DNA from: Elainellaceae cyanobacterium | GTDB lineage: Bacteria > Cyanobacteriota > Cyanobacteriia > CAKZMO01 | Assembly: GCA_050331615.1 (NCBI GenBank) | Contig: JBHJGR010000187.1 | Span: 1,827 to 65,826 of the forward strand | Direction of reading: 5' to 3' | DNA length: 64,000 bases | Shown: positions 58,543 through 64,000 of the stretch, piece by piece | How the letters are laid out: each line of letters begins with the position of its first letter | How positions within the stretch are numbered: position 1 is the stretch's first letter | Position numbers and translations under genes: made by a program | Notes under the pieces: generated by a model | Databases searched by the model: none | Told to the model about the DNA's origin: nothing | The model's input: only the letters and a program-made list of their open reading frames with translations

Positions 58543-59073
58543 CTACTCGCGGCATCCCAAGCTGTCTCGGGTCGATACTCCGGTAACGGGATTGACCCCT
58601 GACGCCCGCCGGCAAAGCTGCTTAATTTCGTAGCGATCGACAATGGCGTCGGTAAAATCAGCTCCCGTAATCATCACGTCGTTAAAGCTGGTTCTGGAAA
58701 TGGTCGCCCCAATCAGAATCGCGTTGCTCAAATCGGCCCCCACCCAAAAGACTCGATCTGCCAGTGCTCCCGTTAAATTCGCCCCCGACAGGTTGGCGTT
58801 GAGCAACACCCCCTTGGTCAGAATTGCGTTCGTCAGGTCAGCGTCATGGAGATCAATGTCGCGCATCTCAGCCGACACAAAGGATTTACCGGCCAGATCT
58901 GCGCCAGAGAAGTCCTGGTTATTAAGGCTGGCGTTGTTGTAGCTGACGGTGTCAATGGCGGCGATCGCTGGTCTGGCACTGAGCAAAATCCATAGCCCTG
59001 TCAGGAGAACGACTAGCAAGACTCCCAATAGGTGTACAATCAATTTTTTTGCAAACCGGCTAGGTATCACCAT
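58543..59073 (-). CDS. Pentapeptide-repeat protein with N-terminal TM anchor.
   Basis: Tandem A(D/N)LxG-type pentapeptides ([46 protein letters not shown]...). Confidence 0.8.
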   Translation of the reverse strand: MVIPSRFAKKLIVHLLGVLLVVLLTGLWILLSARPAIAAIDTVSYNNASLNNQDFSGADLAGKSFVSAEMRDIDLHDADLTNAILTKGVLLNANLSGANLTGALADRVFWVGADLSNAILIGATISRTSFNDVMITGADFTDAIVDRYEIKQLCRRASGVNPVTGVSTRDSLGCRE

Positions 59074-59217
59074 CGGTCATTCTCTCCCTGCCGCTGTCGC
59101 AGCCTATCGTCAAACTTGCCATTTCTTTAATCATGTCAAACGAATAGCACAGCGCGAACATGGTAGGGCATAATGTACGAGTTCTTTTGTGCTGAACGTA
59201 TGGGGTATTGTGTACCT

Positions 59218-59700
59218 ATGAGGATGTTCCAAAATAGAGAAAAATTACGGTCAAAACTTGCGCTTCCGTTAGCCATTCCTACGGCTCTCCTAAGCATTGG
59301 TTTGAGTACTGCGATCGCGAGCGCTCAGACTGTCGGCTCTCAAACCTCAATGTACAATCCCGTCCAGCTTCCCGAAAGTGATGAGGTAACTGACGTCCTC
59401 TCGGAAAAGGACATTCCAACCGGATTTGGCGGCTTTGCCCGAGACTACGTCATCAACCTGGAAGAGGGTGACTATATCGTCATTGACTTAGTCTCCGACG
59501 AATTTGACACCATTATCACCCTACTCGCACCAGATGGCTCCACCTTTGGCGAAAACGACGACGGCCCCGATGGCACCACTAATTCGATGCTGTTTGCCCG
59601 CATCACCGAGTCAGGACGTTACATCATGCGCGTAACGCCTTACGCTGGTCAGGGGTCTGGAACTTTTAATCTCAAACTAACTCGCCTTCGCCCTATCTAG
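59218..59700 (+). CDS. Secreted protein with a pre-peptidase C-terminal (PPC)-like domain.
   Basis: Signal peptide, then GDYIVIDLVSDEFDTIITLLAPDGSTFGENDDG...SGRYIMRVTPYAGQGSGTFNLKL, matching the PPC beta-sandwich pattern. Confidence 0.6.
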   Translation: MRMFQNREKLRSKLALPLAIPTALLSIGLSTAIASAQTVGSQTSMYNPVQLPESDEVTDVLSEKDIPTGFGGFARDYVINLEEGDYIVIDLVSDEFDTIITLLAPDGSTFGENDDGPDGTTNSMLFARITESGRYIMRVTPYAGQGSGTFNLKLTRLRPI

Positions 59701-59868
59701 AACAAGCTGAACAAGCTGAAAACGCTGCTGGAGCCACAACAATGCTCCGCAGCGCCTTCTAGGCTCTCTCACATCGACTCAATCAAATTGCATTGGGGCC
59801 TTGTCAAGAGCTTACAGATTTGATAGCTTAGATAAGCGCGAATTTTTCAAGCGATTCGCTTCTCTCAC

Positions 59869-59941
<73 letters not shown>

Positions 59942-60261
59942 TCACTAAAATCAAGCTACGGCCTAGGTTACGGCTACATTCTAGCCTAATGGCCACTTCC
60001 TAGATCAGCCTCTAATGTGCTCGATTATGGGCTGTTTTTTAGATCAAGATTAGATCAGATCTAGGAGGCTCAGGGCTGGATAAAGTTTGATTCATATCGC
60101 AGTAGAGTAAACCGGGCAGGGTCGCTCCACAGGATACGAGAGGGCACTTCCGCTGGCCGCAGAATCATTTCTCCTTTGCCAAGGGGACCGACTCCTCCCG
60201 AACCGCTGACCCACTTGATTTGCTGACTGCTCAAAATGGGAGGGATAAGTAGGTCGGCACA

Positions 60262-60309
60262 ATTAAATTCAGGTTAGAAAACCGGGGGAGCGCCCCCGGT
60301 TTTCTAACC
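60262..60309 (+). terminator. Intrinsic terminator: perfect 17-bp hairpin plus T-tract.
   Basis: GGTTAGAAAACCGGGGG-AGCG-CCCCCGGTTTTCTAACC followed by TTCGTTTTTC. It lies 320 nt downstream of tRNA-Phe with no ORF in between. Confidence 0.7.
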
Positions 60310-60513
60310 TTCGTTTTTCAACGCAGTTCTACTTAGCAGGAAACGTTGAAGCGTTATTCGGGATAGACGAATTGGTATCTCGAGAACTCATGACAGCGCA
60401 GCGATTATTATTTCACCAAGGATTGTAGCGACTTTCTTTGAGTGCTAGAAAATACTCGGGTGTATCCCAAAAATTCGCTCTGCCAAAGCGGTCTTTTTTG
60501 GGCTGCCCCTGAT

Positions 60514-61146
60514 TCATTGTTTATGAGCCTGAGACTCATAGCGCGACAAAAAAGTGGTCACCGCATTGTCGATAACATTTTGAATATCTGCCTCGCTCAG
60601 TGCTAAATCCACTATGAGAAATCGGGGCCAAAAAATCAGATCATTGATCATTCCTAGAAACTGGCGCGTCGCGATCGCCTCATCCTCAACGACCAATTCA
60701 CCCGTTTCGACTTTCTGCCTCAGATAGGCCTGCAGCCGTTTGAGAAATGGTTCCTTGCCCCGATGGTAAAGTTCGGTCCCGAGTTCCGGGAAGCGAGGGG
60801 CCTCGGCAATAATGACGCGAAACAGCGCCAGAATGGTGGGACTGGTGAGCAGTTCAGCATATTCCTGACCAATTAAGGTAAGGGCATCACAGGGGGCGCA
60901 ATCCGGTGGAATTGGGGTAGAACTGACGCGATCGCTGCGCCAAACCTGCGCCATGATGCCGCCGAACAAATCCGCCTTGCTAGAGAAGTGCTTGTAAAGG
61001 GTGGCCGTAGAAACCTCGGCCTGCTGCGCGACGTAATCCACCGTCGTGCCTGCATACCCCAGCTCCAAAAAAGCCGCTAGAGCGGCTTGCAGAATCGCTT
61101 CTTGTTTTTGACGGCTAACTTCAGCCCGATACTGCTCAAGCCCCAT
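60514..61146 (-). CDS. TetR/AcrR family transcriptional regulator.
   Basis: N-terminal HTH (ILQAALAAFLELGYAGTTVDYVAQQAEVSTATLYKHFSSK). Confidence 0.85.
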   Translation of the reverse strand: MGLEQYRAEVSRQKQEAILQAALAAFLELGYAGTTVDYVAQQAEVSTATLYKHFSSKADLFGGIMAQVWRSDRVSSTPIPPDCAPCDALTLIGQEYAELLTSPTILALFRVIIAEAPRFPELGTELYHRGKEPFLKRLQAYLRQKVETGELVVEDEAIATRQFLGMINDLIFWPRFLIVDLALSEADIQNVIDNAVTTFLSRYESQAHKQ

Positions 61147-61255
61147 AGTAAAACGATCCCTTTAGTTTATCTATGCTTCCCCAATCATACTTCTATAGCT
61201 GAGGTGACCCAGCCCCTCCTAAAGTAAAGTGAGCGTTTTACTTTAGGAGGTAAAG

Positions 61256-62599
61256 ATGTTTCGCCAATTGATAGGGGTCGGGCTGGCTTTGACAACGGTT
61301 GTGTCGGCAGGGGCGATCGCCCAAACGCCGAATCGAGCTGCGCCGATGGAGTTTCAAGGACGATACCTGGTTTCAATTTCCGATGCCGATATGCTGGCGT
61401 CTGCCTATGTCAACGGCTTGTTGGGACCCCGCGAGGGGCGGGATGCCCTGAGCGTCATTCCGCTGAATGGTCATGTCCGCAATCTGCAAGCCTATGAAGT
61501 TGAGGCGAGCAATTCAGTCGCAGGGCCACCCGTGGCCGTAGCGGTGACGCCCGATGGCCGCTACGCAATTGTCGTAGAAACCTTCACTCCTCGGCCTGAG
61601 GGCGCTTGGGAAAATCAGATGTTTGGAGATTTGCAGCAGGGCGATCGCCTGCAGGTCTTCGACTTGGCGGAGCCGACCAGACCGACCCTGGTACAAGACA
61701 TGGCGATCGCTGAGCGCCCCGATGCCGTCAGCATCAACGCCGACGGCTCTTGGATAGCCGTGACCTTTAACCCGAATGGAGCAGGCACCGAAACCCCATT
61801 GGCCATCATTCCCTTTAGCGATGGTCGCTTGGGAGAACCGAGCTATCCCGAGGTGCCAACCCTGCCAGCGGGCGATCGCCTCATTCATGCCGAATGGCAT
61901 CCCAGCCGCGATGTTTTAGCCCTGGTGAACGAAGATGCCGCCGAGGTGGCCTTTGCTGAGGTATCTGTGGAGGGAGTCACGGCGAGTCTTCAGCCCTGGG
62001 GAAATGTGGTGCAGGTCGAAAAAGCACCTTACATGGCCCGGTTTACCCCTGATGGTCGCCACTTGATTGTCAACAATCTCTACTGGGGAGCGGATGTGGA
62101 AGGTCTCTGGAACGAGGCACCTCGCGGCAGCATCGCCAGCATTCGGCTAGAGGCTGGAGCGCAACCAGATGGTTCGCCCCGTCATGCGTTAGTCTCCAGA
62201 GCCATGACGGGGGTCAGTCCTGAGGGTTTGGCCATTAGCCCCAATGGTCAATATGTTGTGACCACTAACCTGGAGCGCAGTTACCTTCCATACGATGACG
62301 ATCGCATCACCTGGTTTTCGTCCCTCAGCTTTTTCACGCTAGATCTGCAAACAGGGCAGCTTACTCTCGTTGGCGACTATCCCTATGATGGGATTTTGCC
62401 AGAGGCGGCAGCCTTCGATGCTTCTAGCCAATACCTGGCGGTGGTGAACTATGACCACTTCGACGACCGCATTCAAGGCGGCTCCATCGACTTCTGGCGC
62501 ATCGCCGCCGACCCGCTTGATCCTCAGCCGACGCTGGTGCAAACGCGATACTCCGTACCCGTGACCCGTGGCGTTCATTCCCTGGTGCTGGTGCCGTAA
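61256..62599 (+). CDS. Secreted beta-propeller protein (lactonase / YVTN-repeat-like).
   Basis: Signal peptide, then repeated beta-strand-rich units with recurring (V/I)xxxPDGR(Y/H)... and SPDG/SPNGQY motifs characteristic of 7-bladed beta-propeller lactonase-like proteins. Confidence 0.55.
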   Translation: MFRQLIGVGLALTTVVSAGAIAQTPNRAAPMEFQGRYLVSISDADMLASAYVNGLLGPREGRDALSVIPLNGHVRNLQAYEVEASNSVAGPPVAVAVTPDGRYAIVVETFTPRPEGAWENQMFGDLQQGDRLQVFDLAEPTRPTLVQDMAIAERPDAVSINADGSWIAVTFNPNGAGTETPLAIIPFSDGRLGEPSYPEVPTLPAGDRLIHAEWHPSRDVLALVNEDAAEVAFAEVSVEGVTASLQPWGNVVQVEKAPYMARFTPDGRHLIVNNLYWGADVEGLWNEAPRGSIASIRLEAGAQPDGSPRHALVSRAMTGVSPEGLAISPNGQYVVTTNLERSYLPYDDDRITWFSSLSFFTLDLQTGQLTLVGDYPYDGILPEAAAFDASSQYLAVVNYDHFDDRIQGGSIDFWRIAADPLDPQPTLVQTRYSVPVTRGVHSLVLVP

Positions 62600-62817
62600 T
62601 TGGCCTTGCTCTATACAACTGGATACCTATAACGCTGATACAGAACCCCGGTTTTTACTCTGGAAAATGCCGAATCATCAGCTAATCAATGCAGAAACCG
62701 GGGTTCTAGCCATACTGAACCGCTGTTCTACACCAAGTCCAGACCGAAATTCGTGCTTCCCCCGGAAGAAAAACTCCAGGTCTGGACTTCGACAGGGTTT
62801 AAGTTCAGTCTGGTCTC

Positions 62818-63366
62818 TTAACGAACCTGACGCATCTGCCCGCCGGGGCCGCCCAGTTGCTGCTGCAAGTCTGCCATGCCGCGATTCATCATGCTGATCA
62901 TCATGCCGGGAAAGGCGTACTTCAAAAATAGACCGATTGGGGTGTAATACTGTCGCCAGATAAATCTGCTTTGACTGGGGCCAAGCGGCTCAACCAGCAT
63001 GACCGCGCAATGATCCTTGATGGGCATCGTCCAGTTTTTCACGTTGTAGGCATAGGCCCTGGGGTAGTCCCAGTGAAGAATGGTTTCGTTTAGGGTGCCC
63101 ATCAGGCGAGTTTGGCAGTATCGCTTACTCCCCGCGCCCCAGTTCCCCGCGTTTTCGGAGCGGGAATGATCGGTGGAACCGTCGTAAAGGGTGGGAAACC
63201 AGCTAGCGATATTTTGCGGATCGGTCACGGCATCGAAAACCGTTGTGGCAGGGGCATGGAAGATAAATTCCCCCTCCATTTGCAATGGGGCAGGGGTGAG
63301 CTGGGTAACGTCGAGGTCAGCGGGTTGAACGGGGGGGGTTGGGTTTGCTTGATGGTTTTGAGTCAT
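62818..63366 (-). CDS. SRPBCC (polyketide cyclase/dehydrase-like) family protein.
   Basis: Size (~180 aa) and the region FIFHAPATTVFDAVTDPQNIASWFP resemble the Bet v1-like/SRPBCC ligand-binding fold. Tentative. Confidence 0.45.
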   Translation of the reverse strand: MTQNHQANPTPPVQPADLDVTQLTPAPLQMEGEFIFHAPATTVFDAVTDPQNIASWFPTLYDGSTDHSRSENAGNWGAGSKRYCQTRLMGTLNETILHWDYPRAYAYNVKNWTMPIKDHCAVMLVEPLGPSQSRFIWRQYYTPIGLFLKYAFPGMMISMMNRGMADLQQQLGGPGGQMRQVR

Positions 63367-63412
63367 GGGTTTAAAAATAACTAACTGGTTGGTTTTTTAA
63401 GGGCTAAAAAAA

Positions 63413-64000
63413 TTAGCCCTTCAGGACAAGCTCAGCAACCGGAGCCATGGCCAAGATCTCCTCAGGACGATTTTTGATCTTGGAGGACACCATGGCACCA
63501 TTCATGACGTTGATTAGGGTTTGCACGGCTCGGTCTTCATCCAGGTTGTCTGGACTGATGCCGAGTCGCTTCGCATCCCGTACGATTTGTCGGTAGTATT
63601 CACCAAAGCGCTGGAAGCATTGTTCCGTTGCCTGCCGAATCTCCGCATTCGTGGTTCCCATTTCAACGACGATGTTGACGAACGGGCACCCCGGACTGGA
63701 CGCATCTTGGTCAAAGGTATCCTGGTGAGTCTGGTAAACCCGCCGATAGATTTCCTTTAATCGCTCCACCGGGTCAGCGGTCGCCTGAAAGCTGCCCTCG
63801 AAAACGTAGGCGAGGGTGCGATCGCAGTAGTTCTCAATCACGGCGAGAGCTAAATTGTCCTTTGACGGAAAATAGCGATACATCGTGGCCTTGTTTACCC
63901 CAGCCGCACGGCTGATGGTGATGGTGTTGACCCCCTGATAGCTGTTTTTCCAGAACAACTCTGCCGCAATTTCGACAATGTGCTGCTTCGTTTTTTCGCC
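63413..64000 (-). CDS. TetR/AcrR family transcriptional regulator (5' end runs off the window).
   Basis: HTH region TITISRAAGVNKATMYRYFPSKDNL. The reading frame continues open to the window edge upstream of the listed Met. Confidence 0.8.
   Translation of the reverse strand, partial: GEKTKQHIVEIAAELFWKNSYQGVNTITISRAAGVNKATMYRYFPSKDNLALAVIENYCDRTLAYVFEGSFQATADPVERLKEIYRRVYQTHQDTFDQDASSPGCPFVNIVVEMGTTNAEIRQATEQCFQRFGEYYRQIVRDAKRLGISPDNLDEDRAVQTLINVMNGAMVSSKIKNRPEEILAMAPVAELVLKG

Overview
This 64-kb window looks like a cyanobacterial chromosomal segment. GC is high and the HIP1 octamer GCGATCGC recurs dozens of times in both coding and intergenic DNA. Most of the window is ordinary housekeeping or stress/envelope genes on both strands. 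These include class II FBPase/SBPase (glpX), glutamyl-tRNA reductase (hemA), a UPF0182 membrane protein, msrA, a patatin-like lipase, an AEC transporter, a VanY-like M15 peptidase and a carotenoid cleavage oxygenase. Further along are gyrA, infC, a type I GAPDH (gap), ppsA, a PLD/cardiolipin-synthase-like enzyme, chlB (DPOR subunit B), an EF-G paralog, an M42 peptidase, tadA, plsC and tRNA-Phe(GAA). Two orphan CheY-like receivers, a sulfotransferase, an SLH protein, a PEP-CTERM protein, two TetR regulators and several stress proteins (CHAD, BON, CsbD, glycine-zipper) are also present. I found no CRISPR array, transposase, integrase or phage genes. The accessory signal I can support from the sequence is a family of ~94-bp hairpin-cored, MITE-like dispersed repeats in six copies. 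Copies sit at gene boundaries and bracket single genes: the AEC transporter in direct orientation, and a small Cys-rich ORF in inverted orientation. One copy lies at the junction of an AT-rich ~1-kb insertion that has truncated a low-specificity threonine aldolase gene. A second, cloverleaf-like palindromic element occurs in at least three places. Related 9/10-bp tandem repeats (ATCTGCGAA / ATCTGTGCGA) sit in two separate promoter regions. Other items worth a look: a 706-aa protein whose only recognisable domain is a C-terminal XRE-type HTH, with an upstream TPR protein; a three-gene 2H-phosphoesterase / EEP-nuclease / membrane-protein cluster divergent from an orphan receiver; and several long non-coding stretches that could hold structured RNAs (downstream of tRNA-Phe, 12.76-13.37 kb, 27.2-27.9 kb, and the EF-G leader). 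I had no tools, so every functional call is from reading motifs by eye and should be confirmed by database search.
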